A DNA stretch of 64,000 bases from positions 24,180,001 to 24,244,000 of the forward strand of contig OZ287749.1 in assembly GCA_965649765.1 (NCBI GenBank). Direction: 5' to 3'. The first letter of the stretch is position 1; each line of letters starts with the position of its first letter. Below the pieces are notes generated by a model. It did no database searches and was not told the DNA's origin. It was given only the letters and a program-made list of their open reading frames with translations. The DNA comes from Bispira polyomma. Lineage: Eukaryota. This document shows positions 40,301 to 55,300 of this stretch, in pieces. Made by a program: the position numbers and the translations under genes.

Positions 40301-43300
40301 CAATTAATACATGTGTTAAATTTAAAACTTTATTTGTACTGTTCCATTATTACCTGAATTTATCTGTAGAATGGAAGCTCAGTCATATCCCAAATTTCCA
40401 ATTATTCAGAATTTAATTCTTTTATATCAATTTGAATTTGAATTTGGATATTTAACGTCCACTCTAGTACCTTTTAGTAGGTTATATTGGGACGGGTAGT
40501 TGGAAACGCTGGAGGAAACACTGCATACAGTCGGTCAAGGTTCTGCAGAGAAACCAGCGGCCCACAGTAAGGAACTACCACCTTTCCCACATAGGCATCG
40601 ACGGGATTCGAACTCACGCCGCCCAGAGGTGAGAGACCAGTGATTGTGAAGCCCAATGCTTGCTAACCACTAGGCCATCGCGGCCCCTCTTTTATATCAA
40701 GAAAGTCATATAATTTCTGAATCAAATCTTTATCTTCCAAGGTGCTTGAATAGAAGAGGTTTCCAAATCAGCATGTTGTTTTCAACACAATAACATTACT
40801 CACTGTAGTGCAATTATATCATCATTTGCATGATGTAAGAAGGTCAACAAAAAGATTTACAGGGGGGGACAGCAACTCGTGGTGGACAGCATTTCGCCAT
40901 AAATATGGTTATTACACCTAATCACTGTGTAAAATTCATTTTAAAGGAATTATTTTCGCATTATAATATCCATATAACATACACATGCCAACACCACAAA
41001 TATATAGATTATTGTTTGCCTAAATAAATTTTAAATAAATTTAAAGTACCAACACAGCTAAATAAACAGTGGTACTGCCCAAAATTTAAAGTTGATGATT
41101 AGACAGTACTAATGATTAGCTATTGGGCTGTATTGCGGTTTCTTTTCTGTTTCTCATATTATGTATCGTGTACATAAACTATTTTATAACATAATTATTA
41201 TTGTTAACAAAACTTATAGGTAATATTTTAATCTAAATATTTACTATTGTTTGAAAATGGTGAAATGCTGTCCACTTTTTAATTAATATTAACCCAGTGA
41301 CTTTGATTTCTAACTTGTGGTTAAAATTCATCAGAAGTACCTTAATGTATCTGGATACGAGTCACATTTGTGTACAATAGAAAGACCTCCCCAAATTACC
41401 AGTGAATTGCCTTAACATTATTTCCTTTTGTTCATATTTGTCAAATTTCCGTGAATTTTGAGCGAATCACTGTCCCCCCTGTATTATAATAAAAGTTAAA
41501 ACCTCCAATAGTGAACACCTCTGAAGAGTGAACACCTGTCTCTAAATGAACCCTTTGTTCATTCCTGTTTTGACACCAGTGTATGTGTACAGTACCTCTG
41601 AATAGTGAACACCTCCTTGTGGCGAACGCTTTTGGCTAGGTTCACTATATGGAACTTTTACTGGATATTACTCACCCTGATAATGTGGTCTTCTGATTTG
41701 GGTGTAAAATGCCTATAGATAGTAAATGTGGAGTGTTCTATGCCACAGTTGACTTCAGACACTGCCATTTCTTCAGAGAATACTTTCAGTGACACATGCA
41801 GGAAGATTCCTGGACTCTTGACACTTTCCAGTACAATCAAGTCTTCAAGCTCCACCTACAATATATTGAAATGAAGTTTTACCCTATTTTGTACACAGTC
41901 CCTTTTCTGGAGATCCATGTATTTTCCTTATATAATAAGGTTGTGCCCACAAAAGTTAGGAAAGGTTTGTGATTTATAGATCAGTCGTGACCAGGAAACG
42001 GATGTTGACGCAGAAATGCGAGTACAAAGACTAAAAAATCATGTCCAATGAGATTAAGTTTTTGAGCATAACTAAACATTTGGGGAAAATATATTGGTAT
42101 CATAATATCACGTATAAAATGTATAGGTACTTTAAACTGACAAATCTGTTGGCAGCTCCAAAGGTAATAAAGTACTTAACATATACCGGTAATATGACAA
42201 ATTCTAGGCCAATAAAAATGCTGAAATTTGTTAATTAGGTGATAATAATGATTGGTTGTAAAGGTTTAATCATCATGAATACTTTTTTTTTAAATTATCC
42301 AATAAGAAATAAAATTGAGTACATGATAGTCAAGAAACAGTACTGATGATACATATTACGTTACGAGAATTGAAATACAGCATTCAGGAAATGGAACGTT
42401 ATTTAACATTTCTTGCAAGATATCTCCTGCAAAAATGTTAACACAAACAGGAGAAATTACCGGGATATTTCTATATGTACTGGTATTTATTAAACAGTAT
42501 ACCAACAGAATAATTAGCGCTCGAATCTTTCACTCAATATAAGTACAACTTGTAATAACAATGAGTAATATACCACCAGGCTGATAAAATGTCTAAATGT
42601 AGTACTGCTAGCGTTCAAAGATACATTATTCCTCCTAACTTGGTTACGAGTATCTATCTACCGTATTTTCTGTAATAAAGGTCCTCTCTCTAATTTTAGC
42701 CTCCCCCTTTTTAAAAAGACATTTATATCATTCAATGCCAATATTTCAGCAGGCCCTAAACTAAAATATTATGGAAAATCGTTAAACCTTTCCTTCAGAC
42801 ATGGACATGTTAAAATAGTGACCTGTTTTAGATAACTATATGATAATGCAGATTAGCATGTAAACCTTGATTGGCCTACAGTTAAGCATGCAGATATACT
42901 ATGGGGTGGTTCAATTGTTTTATACACATTACAATGATATGTTATACAACCCCCATATGAACTTTGGTTTTTTAATAATATTTCACTTTTCGAAAAATTG
43001 CAAAGCCCTGTGGCCTTTATTACAGAAATGACAGAAGATTATACCAAAAAAAATGTCTAATTTACCAATTCGCCTTCACTTTTAACCTTGTATCGTGGTT
43101 GAATCTTGAACTGTCCATGCTTGGAATTGTAATTTACCAGGTTGACCTGGACAAAATAGAAATAAAAAACAACAAACAAGTTTACAGTTGTATTGTTATA
43201 TTTAATTTTAAAATTCTGAACAGATGAAACAATAATCGACAATCAACACATGGACATCTATTTATAAATTCAAATTATTTCAATTACGACCGATTCAATG

Positions 43301-46300
43301 TTAATTAATGGTTATACTCTTATGATTTATGTAGAATATATAACGATTAAAGATCCATTTATTTTTTGTTTGGATCTTTTTACTTTTCAGAATGTTAATT
43401 AACAAATTAATAAAATTAACCAGTTATTATATACCCTATTCTCTGCTAATCCTGGAATGATATTGAAAATGGAGTATAAAGTTAATAGTGCTTATGAGAA
43501 ACCCAGAATGGAAAGCCAATCTCACCATCCCATAGACACTTAATTGTATGCCTGGCATGAAAGCATTGCAACCTTTGATGTCTTGTCAAGTTATAATATC
43601 AATGCTTAATGATGTGCTATATTCAATGCTTGAATATTTGCAATACAGACAAGTCGTCCCTAAAACAAGGTCATCTCCAATCAACTCGTCCCCAGCACTA
43701 CAAACTCGGCCCCATATATATTACCAAGTCTTCCCTACATAATTGCAATTGAGGTTCTGATAGGTACCTGTATTTAAACCTGAATATCTCAGCCTTTTCT
43801 CAACGGATTTTGATGCAACAAAAAGCACAGTAATCACAATAAAAAAGCTTTTTCAAAGTATTTTTGAGGAATTTTTATCTTCAGTAAGTTATTAATACCA
43901 ATTTTTTTGGGTAAAATCTGTGTCACCTATACTTAATGTAATATGAGCATTTATTCAATAATATACACTGTAAAAACTTCCATTTCATACAAACACTATT
44001 TAAATAAAAAATATCTTCATAAACATATCATTTTGGGTGAAAGATTCATAAAGATAGCAATTTATCAATTGGTGCCGACTTAGTAATATATATTGGGCCG
44101 AGTTTGTAGTAGTGGGGACGGGTTAGTTGGGGATAACTATGTTTTGTAAACCACTTTGCACTAAAACGTTCAGACACTTAAATGCTGAGATTCCTTTGTG
44201 TACTGCTTCTCAAATGGTTTTTTTTATTGTTTTGTTTTTTCACAAACAAAAAGACAATAACATTAACAACATTAACATATATAGGACATTTGACAAAACA
44301 AAAATTCATCCCAAAATGCTTACAGTCATTTTGTTCTTGTCAATCACACTGGTCTCAGTAGTACTGATGGCAATGAAGTTGGTTGAGAAAACGTGTTTTA
44401 ACTGGAAAATAGACAATTTAAATTGCTTCTTATAATATATATTATATATGTATATGTGTTAAAGGAAATATAATACAATTATTTAGTTATCTACTATTTG
44501 TAGTGTGACATCATGTACTGTGTAACAGTAATATACAATTACTTCTGAAGGGCCTTGCTAAACAACAAAGTACGATCCAAATGAAATTGTACGATATGAT
44601 CAGGCTATCTCGGATGGAGCTTTTACACTGCATCCAATACTGATGGATGTCTGTAAACCCCCCCTCCCCCCCCTCCCCCCCCCTCTATCCATACCATCCA
44701 ACAAAATAGAGGGAACTTTTTATTTTAGAAATTTTTATTGCGAATGCCACAGATGTGATCGACTCGGACATGATGGTGTGTAGATAGACATTTGCAATAT
44801 ATTTTTTCATATTTGTAAATGTGTATTTAAACATTCACAATATTTTTTTTAATGTTTGTAAAACTTTCATCGGATCATAAACATTTGGATAGTACCACAA
44901 CAGAAATGGTTAGCAATGCCCTATAGTATCTTGAATCTTTGGAGGAGGAATATTGGTCTGCTATAAGGAACACTAGGCATTTTTTAAGCATAAAAATATA
45001 TAAATAAATTTAGGAATAACCCATGACAAAGCTTGTGGTTTTCGATAATTTTTACCACGATTGGTGACGTAGTAACACAAAGCCGAAGCCTGAGTGTTTC
45101 AACGCTTCAAGATTGGTAAAAATTACAGTACACTATGCTTTGGAATGGGTTATTCCTATTCTAACATGACATATTAAAATTCTTACCTAATTCGAGCTGT
45201 TTTTACTGCAAAATTATGTTATTGAAGGAACTATATTCACTGGGCATCCAGTACACTACAGGCAAATATAATCTATTTCCGTATATGGTTATTTTTATCG
45301 ATGCTTTCGGCCAATCAGAATCGCAGACTGTGTCATGTCAGGATACAATAGAGTAAAAGCAGTTCTACTGTACCTAAATGATGTCTCCATTGTTTACTAA
45401 CCATGAATTATGTTTCCATTTTTTGACTATACATGAATGATCTCCATTTTTCACTATACATTAATGATGTCTCCATATTATACAGTACATGTGTACCTGA
45501 ATGATGTCTCCATATCTGACAGGAAGGCCCATCACACGCCTTTGTTCGGAGATGTTGTCCTTTTCTTCTGCTTCAACAGCCATCTGCAAAAGTTACAGTA
45601 ACATCAAATTATGAACCAAGTCCAAAACCTTCTGTGTGTAAAATGTGTACCAGTTGGCTTCTATAACCTAGGTTAACCCGGTCCAGTGACAAATTATTGG
45701 ACTAATATATAGATGCCTTTTTGGAGAAGTAGCGTCTATCACTATGCCGATTACAGGATGTTCATCATCAAATCCTTCAATTAAATGAAATTGTATTTGG
45801 CATTTTTAATGCATCTTATTGATGCGAGGCATCTTCTAAAGTACAACAACAGAAGCAATTAACCAATTGAGAAGTCCAAAAAATATAGCCATGGTCATAA
45901 GGAAGGATGTGGCGTGTATAGAGAGAAGGAACTAAGAGGGATAAGCGAGACTGAAGAGGTAGGTTCTAAGCTTTATTTTCTGTAGTTTTGAAATTACTTG
46001 CTGAAGACACAATAACATTACCTGTGCCAGTTTGAGGGCTGACTCAGACACCCGTGATGAGTCCTCATTGGCTAGTCGTCGTAGCTTTCTGTAACGCTTG
46101 GTCAACTGGTATCTGTTGGCTGTGTTCAACTGGAACGCTACGACTGAAAATACACAATTATTCATACAAACAAACTTATAAGGTTATGTGGCACAAACAA
46201 CATCTGTGGATTCCTTTATAGTTACCATTGCCAGGAAGGTTATCATTAAAAAATGTAGATAACAAAGCATCCAGGAAATATTTGCTGATATGGACATGTT

Positions 46301-49300
46301 ATTTAACATTTCTTGCAAAAATGATAACACGAACAGGAAAAATTATTGGAATTGTGCTAGATTTACTGGTATTTATTAAACAATATTTCAACAGAATAAA
46401 AAGCACTCAAGTCTTCACTGAAGATAAATACAAGTCGTAATTCTTCTTCTTATCGTATTCATACACACACAAGTTGTAATAAAAATGAATAACTATATAT
46501 TCCATAACTGATAAAATATTTAAATAGAACTGCTTGAATTAAACGATACATGTATACTATTACCAGTATTGTACCAGTATCTGTGGATTCCTTCATAACT
46601 ACCTGCGGCCAAGGAAGTTATGATTTCTCCCCAGTTCCAGGAAATTGGTTGGTTGGTTGGTTTGTGTGTTTTCACCAAGATTACACAAAAATAACTAAAC
46701 TGATTTACATCAAATTTGGCAGAGTGGACGGCATAGACCAAAGAATAATTGATAAAATTTTGGAATAGATCGGATTGGAATGGTAGATTTAGAAAATTTT
46801 TGTTCACTTTTTGGCACTGTGGCACCTTGGTTGAGGAATGTGCTCTACTGAGTGACTTACTACTTTGAAAATTAAATTGTTGGCACAAAGGTTTATACTT
46901 CACTGTGCAGTAGTAGCCTTCAAATATCAGACATTTTTAGTCGTCAAAGTTATTTATAGTTATAGGTATCAAAAATATAAATGCAGAAATATGTATCAAA
47001 TTAATTATGTACCTGTACTTATATTCATGATCATATGTATCAGATACATGTTTCCTTCAATCATTTCTAGATGGTATTTACATGGTGACATTTCAGGATA
47101 TAAAAAGAACATCCAAATGATAACATAGAACCACTAATTCTGTGTTTTATATTAGGCATATATAAAGCATTTTGTTTGCAAACTACAAACAAAGATTGAT
47201 GAAAGCAAGGTTTAAGGCATGTACATGTTGATACTCTTTTGTTGATTTACTTTTCCGGAAGCTCTCTTTTTTGATGATTTGATGAACAAAACATTAATAG
47301 ATTAACACTTAAAAATTACCCTAAACTCCCTCGTAATAGCCCATGGGCTTTTAACTTGAACTTAAGGAAATGTAGGGGATGGGCTCTAAAGAGAATGTGG
47401 TTTTTTCATTCAAAATTTTAACAGTATTTATACAAAACTAGGGGTGGGCTCTTATGAAAGCATGGGCTATTACGAGGGAGTTTAGGGATTAAAGTTTTGA
47501 ATTTCAAAGTAAATTCTTTTTTAATTCCTAATATTTCAGTGGAAAGAAACTTAATTTTGCTGTATTTGACATTATCTGTGTGATCAAAATGGACGTACAA
47601 AGTTCGATTTTAATAGAGGTTCTACAGTATTCTTTATACCTACAGCATTTATCTAAATTATCCAAAACTTTAGATGGACACCTGGTAGCTAATAAATCCT
47701 ATCTCTGAGTCTATAAATATTATTAATACCTTCAGCGAGGATGTGATATTTTTGCCTGTGTCCATTTGTTTATTGGTCACCAGGATAACACAAAAACTAC
47801 TGAACTGATTTACATTGAATTTGATGGAGGGATACCAGATGGGCAGGAGCAATAATTTAGGAAATATTCAGTAATCCCCTTGACAGCCTTATATTGTAGT
47901 AGTAGCCTAAGGGGTTATATTGAGCTAAAGCTACTAAAGGCTACTAAAATATTTGATCTTGTCACATAAGTCAGGACAACATAATCTATTCAACGGAGGT
48001 TTATATAATTTACACAAATATGAAGTAAAAGGAGTGTGAAAGGCACTCAGACATCATCTGTCCGCAATGCGATATTTTGCCAAAAATAACTGAATGAGAA
48101 TATTTTTTTAAAAAAAGGATGTTATTAAGTGTACAGAATGACATGATCATGTTACGATAAAACCATCCTTCAATGAACAATAGTAATAATACACTTTTCT
48201 TCCCCTTACAAATTCTGTACAATTGAGCTACTATGTACAATATAGAAAAAACGCCCATCAAGGCATTTAACATATCGGATAACTTGTTATGTGATCAGTT
48301 GAGTGGAGCAATATCTCCATTTAGACGAGTTAAAAGTATATATATCAATCAAATTTTCTATAAAACTATCAGGAAATAAAACTTGGTGAAGAGTTAAGAA
48401 GAGTGATAAAATGATAAATTTGGCAAAATATATAAAATCCCTTAAGGTCACATGGTTTCGTAGACTTCTTCGATCAAATTCCTCGTGGATTGACTTGTTC
48501 AAAGCTAGTATACATGCAAAGATTGAAAACTTCAACATCTTTGGGAATGCATATTTAAAGTATGTGAAAGACAAAATTTCAAACATTTTTTGGATAGAAG
48601 TTTTTTTTATAAATCTATCAAAGGCGCCCAAGACTTTTATCGGTGCTTAGATAGAAATGATAAAAACAACCATAGCATAAAACTGAAATGGAATGATGAT
48701 TTAAAAACATTGACAATATCACTTGGAAGGCAATATTTAGAATTTGCTTTAAGACAATTACTAATAATAGTCTGACTCGGTTTCAACTTAAAATAATTTA
48801 TAGACTGATAGCTACGAGAAACTATCTAAAGAAATTAAATGTTGTCGATAATGCACACTGTGCCAGATGCAATATGAAAAACGAAACCTTGACGCACATG
48901 TTTGTCGAGTGTTCCGAAATACAAAAATTTTGGAGAATTATCGCAGAACATATAAAAAAAATCCTAAAAGTTCAAGTCAGTTTTACTGACTTCACAATAA
49001 TCTTTGGGTACCAGCTGAAGGACCAAAATAATGTCCCTGTGAATGCTTTAATTATGACGGTAAAAAAATATATTTTCGATTCCAACAATCAAAATGGAAG
49101 ACTCTCCTTGAAGGCCTTAAAACTGAAATTAAAAGCGCTTTACCAAGATGAATTTTTAATATATCAATTGCAGGATAAGGCAGAAAATTTCAAAACTTCT
49201 TGGACTAAGTGGGAGCCAATCTTCTCTTTGTAAACTAAAAGGAAACATTCATGACTCTACATTATGCGCCGTCAGTGTTATTGACAATAAACTAGACAAT

Positions 49301-52300
49301 CAGCCTGAGTTTAACAAATTTTGAGTAGGACTACTCATAACCTTGTTCATGGTCACAGATTAGCGGAATTTAATTTTTTAAACCTTTCTAATTTACATTT
49401 CAATTTTAAGTTTTATGAAATTCATGAGCTAGAAATGTCAACAAGTTATGTAATTTTGGTTTATTATACTATTTCAATAAATTAGTAACCCCTGATGGTC
49501 AGGACCTACCACTTTTGTGTCAGACCAGTAACTTTTTAGAATTGCAGATCCTACGGATCACAAACGATTTTCGTGAGTGTCATACATTTTGCACAAATTC
49601 ACTAACTGAGAGATTAATATATGGTTGCTGTAAATAGTAGAGCATATATATAGATTTAATCACAAGGTAAACAAAATAACAGGGGTTATGAAAATAAAAA
49701 GAAGCAATAAGACCATAACACATATTAACTAAAGCATTCACAAAGAAAAAATCTACAAGTTTAATATTCAAATGTTACCAGGTCTATGTAAACACTGGAC
49801 CAAGTCGTGATACAGTAAAAAAAAAAGAAAATGGGGAAAAAAATGTATGAATACATTTCTGCAGTATGACTTATAATACCATGATGATATGTTAGCACTT
49901 AACATTTACATATGCATACCGATAAAGTTTCTTTCCCACACACACTTAAGTACTTAGCAGTATTTGTTCTCACCTATTATAATGGTACTTACTTTCCCCA
50001 GACAATAGGTTTATGTCGTAACACAAACCAATGTACAATTAGGTTATATGCATTTAAGTCAAGATAATTTATTTTTAAGTCCCATCAACGGTTAAACGTA
50101 AAAACCAATTTTCTTAGGTTTAGCCATGCAAATTGTTTTTATGCCGTTTGACAAGCCAATCAAATTACTTAATACCCAAAAATTTAGAATGAGATAATTT
50201 GGGCTGGGGTCAGCCCCTTTATTCACTACAAATTTAACTTATGTCTATCAACCATATATACCGGTGTGTTACAGAAAATATGTACCTGCCATATACACTT
50301 TTCTAGCTCCACGGATACCCCTATTTGTCCGTGTAAATGAAAGCTAGACTCATATTCACAAAGATTCTTATTCTTAGATTTATATTTATTCTTAAAATTT
50401 TTCTTAGATTAAGAAAATTATAAGAAAAACTCTAAGATTAACAATTTTAAATTAGCTTCATTCCTATCCTTACATTGTTTTAAAGAAAATATTTGACTGA
50501 AGCTTACATCTGAGAATGGTACAAAAACTGTCAACTTTGTAGGTAGTAATTCTTCAAAAAACATTCTGAGAATAAGAGAGAAACAAATGTGAAAATTTTA
50601 ATTCTTTGAATTTTTCTTAAAAAAATCTAAGAATAAGAGTAATCCTAAGAATAAGAATCTTTGTGAGTACGGCCCCAGGCCATAAACCAGTATGACAGTT
50701 AAATTCACCACTTATTAAAATTACAAAAAATCTCAATTTCATGAAAAAAATTTGTTCACTAATCTTGTAAAATTGTTGTTGTACATACAGTCATCATAAA
50801 ATAAATAGGAGTTTGTGATTTCTTAACGTTACATTAAATCAGATGTCTAGGAAGTTTCAGACTCTAAGTGGATGCACAAAGAAAATGGTGAATAACCTTT
50901 TTTTGCATACTATTTTTTTGAAAAACATTATTGTTGCTTAACATAAGAAAACATGTAAAAACACTTGGAAACATCTACACGATCTATATTTAAACCATAA
51001 TATTAATAATAATAATGTTAACTTACTAACACAGAGACAGATGCCTATTTATAAAAACCTTGTTTTTTTTTTTATCAAACCTGACTCGGCTATCATGCAG
51101 TCTTGCCAAGTGTAGCAGATCAATTATGAGAATGGTTAAACTATAAGTATGGAGCCCCTTTAAGGACAAACACATTTCATTTTACACACTTTATCTTGTT
51201 ACAATGAGATAAACTTGTTATTAACGAGATAAGTTTGTTGTAGCAACCTAATTTTCTTTTGATAACAAGATCATTACATTATAATGAGATGATTCAGTTG
51301 CTTTAAAATGATCATTACGTCGTCAAAATGAAATAATGTAAGTCATTATAACAAAATAATCCTAATGAAGTTGTAAGAATGACATTATCTTATTCAAACG
51401 TTATGATCTTGTTAATGATACGATTAAATAGTTGATGATATGATTAAATTGATGATCTTGTTTTAATGAGATCATCTCAGTACAAGATCATCTAGTTCTC
51501 ACAACTTAAATATTGTTCAGATAATGTAAGTTCATAAAATAGGTTTTTGAGATATAAAACAATAGAAAAACACAAATTTGGGAGAGTGAAATGGGATAAT
51601 AAAATTGAATAATCAGGAAAATAGAATTTAGGATCATAGAGTTTCCACTGTAATTATCACTCGCTCAAATAGAAAAGCTAATATCCTAAAATAGATATTG
51701 TTGGAAATAAATCCATATTTTAGTTTTTCATATTTCACAGATTTTTGACTTATTTTTTTTTGTCAACACAAAAATGGTATAATCTATTACAGTCATACTA
51801 TAGCTGTGAAAAACAACTTTATTCATGGATCCCTGTGTTAAAAAAAACCCACACTTACAACAAGTGCCAGTTGACTCAGATGCCTGCAAAATTAAGTTTT
51901 GAGCTAAAATTGAGTTAATTCTGACACATCTTTGGGGGCATATAAATTATAAATTAGTATTGAATTATTTTAGTAGAAGTATTTAGTTATATGTAGAAGT
52001 AACAGTGATAAGAATTAAATAAATTCACTCAGTTCAGAAAAACTACATACTGCCTCGCTAGATATTTTCGTCAAGTAGATGGCAAAATAAACATCCTTTT
52101 AATCAAAGCAAAAATGTGGAAATTATATTAACTGTTAGAGAAGAGGTGATTCTATACAAGAATAATACTAAAACATTGAAGTTTATTCAATTTAAAGGCT
52201 TTTTAAAGTGTAAATTAGCACAAAAATATCTAGTGGACAAGCATATATTTAGCGAGGCAGTAAATTTATACTAAATTCTGAACTAAGTAACCACAGAGCA

Positions 52301-55300
52301 ATGGTAGGTCTTTGAAAGAACTTAATGGACACACAGTAGAGTGGATACCTTTGCCAAGGCACCACAGTGTAAAAAACAGTGAAAAAATAGTGTCTGTCCT
52401 TCATATTCATTTATTGATGATGCCACTACACCACACTAAATTTCAAGTAAATTGATTCAGTATTGGTATCGGTATTGATACTCAGTCAACTGCATTAGTT
52501 ACTGTCATATTCTCCTGACTGAAGAGAGACTTGAGGATGACCATTGAACAATGTTCCCACAGATCTTTGAATCTTTTGTCCACTGTGGGATAGGACCCAG
52601 TGAGAGAGGACCGCAATATAAGTAGTCATCCAAGCCACTATAGGCAAACATGTGTTCACATCTTGCCCAAGGATGTTATCCTACCAATAAAATTAGCAGC
52701 CGGAACCGGGAACCTGTGACCTACTGATCACCAGACCAACTCTCTAGCCACTTAAGGCCACGTAGGATCAGCAGTTTGTCTGTAATTATGGTGACAAAAT
52801 AATAATTAGCCAACCAACAGACACAAGGGAAAACATAACCTCTTTGGCGGAGGTTAAAATACACAGAAAATAGAATATAAAGAGAAAAGAAGAATCACTT
52901 ATTTATCACACAATGACATGTAGGTAGATCAATATTACTTGTTTTACAGACCAAATAAACCAAATTCTCAACGTTGTGTTCACAAATATTAGAATAACTT
53001 TCACCACCCTTCATCTGTTCATTTCTACATGACATATTGTGTAAAAACAGTTTCAACACGTTATCAGCAAACAGGATACAAACTAATATTTATCTAATTC
53101 TCTATTGTTACCTCTCTAGAACTGTTTCTGTGGCCTAGTTTGTATATAATTTTATTCTTGTGACAAAATTTAACCTCAGTCGAAATTCAGTTGATGTTGA
53201 TTATGTTACGAGAAAGGTATTAAAAAGTATTTGTGGTGCCATAAACATGTATAACATTCTGAATTTGTAGATATTAAACTGGTGCATCAAGTAGAATAAT
53301 TTTAGGAAATTATAAATTGCAGAAATAACTAGAAATCTGTCACAGCAGGTGCCCTTTGTTAGTTTGCACAATGGTAGGGTGTAAGACTAAGTTCTAAAAT
53401 CCAACCCCTTTAAGTTAAATTTCAGTGTATTGTAGTGCAGTGTCGTGTCGGGAATAGTCTGAATAATCAATATATGTTGATATTATTACATTTTTTTTGT
53501 AGTGTCGTGTAGTCAGCAGTCTGTAAGGCACTTAATTCCTTAATTAACACTTCCAATGTACTAAATGTGTTTAACTTTCTTTTGGTGGCACAAAAAAAAA
53601 TGGCAAAACAGTACAGAACAAACTCTTTATTGAGACATACAGTAAAACCCCTTTAAGTAGAACTCTGTTAAGTCAAATTCCCTGATAAGCAGAAGTGAAT
53701 TTGTGGTCCTCACCAGACCTTTTCTACTAAACCTTATCCTGTTAACTGGAAATCCTGCTGAAGTAGAATTATTTTGTGTGGTCCCTTGAAGTTCTACTGA
53801 ACAGGGTTTGACTGTAATCTGTTTGGACTGTAGAAAGTTCTTCAAAGAAATTTTAGTAAAATAATATTGTGAGGAACGTTTGGTAGAGCAGGCACGGGTT
53901 CATAAAGTTATTTGGAGCCCCTTATGTACTCTATTAAACAAGTTACCAACATAAAGGATTGTCAGAACAACTCAGTCCTTATTAGACTAATTGAACAGCA
54001 ATTTTACACAGGAAAATTTAAACAAATACAAAAACATAATGCATTTTTTACATAACCACCATTTTATAGCCATTCCCTGTTGTTTCTATTACCTTGAACA
54101 TTCGGTACTTGATTTAATCCATCAACTGTTTGTTCACAGTACACTTTCAAATGGTTATTCTTGACACTAAAATATAAAAACAACACACACAATTTTACAA
54201 ACACGATGACTCTGTGGAGCCTAAAAAACACTGATGGACCATTTAAATCATGTTACTACTGTAATTAAATGGAGTATTTAACCTGGAAGAGACTAAAAAT
54301 ACCAATTATTCAATATCTTTCAATACTTGTGAGTACCGGTAATAAAATCATCCTTTACATAATTTGCCTTACTGTTACTACTTTGACAATTAGATCAAAT
54401 CATTGTTCTGTGGTCTCCTGTAGCCAACTGGTTAGGGAGTGGTGATTGGTTCGAAGTCTAGTGGTTGGAAGGGTTGGCTTCATAATCACTGGCCTTTCAC
54501 CAATGTGGGTTTGAATCCTGTTTGTTCCTTTATGTGGGAAATATTTTTCAGGTACATGTCCTAGATCGTTGGCTTCTTCCACAATTAAATCAGGCCATTG
54601 TGATATAACCTAAGCTGTTGAAAACGACGTAAAACCAAAACTAGCTACATTCAACATCCAGTGATACCAGAGTATAACATACTCAGACAAGGTATCATTA
54701 CCTTCCTAATGATTACCATTGCTACATTATAGTACTATCAATTTGGTGCTGTATAATTGCTTCTAGTAGATAAATAAAAAAGATCAGCTAGAAATTATCT
54801 TAGATCATTGCATTCATCTTCTCTGACAAAACATGTAGATGGAATATTTTAGCGGCATTTGTTATAACCTGAACCACTGGGGTACATTGGTCGAGACTGA
54901 GCTTAGGTAAGTTCAGGTTTGGTTGGGTTCAATGGGGTTCATTCAGGTGATAAAGACATTCACCTAGAAAGAGGGGTCCAAGATCTAATATGACTGGATC
55001 AGATATTGTATTTCATTCTTCCTGAAATGTTATATTTACATTTTAACACCTGGAACCTTAAGGAAATAAGATTTGTGGGTAAAGAAGAGGTATAAGGCCA
55101 AAAATTACCTGTTCTTTTGGCCAACATAAAACCTTTACAGCGACTAACTGAGAATGGCCCAAAAGCATTATCAACTAACTTGACCTTGAGGAGGGGGCCA
55201 GAGGTCCAGTTTTACCCATGATACCTTGTGGGTTATTTGACATGCATTTTCTTAAAATGCTCCAGATGTTATATATATATATCAGTGTTGCTTACTCAAT

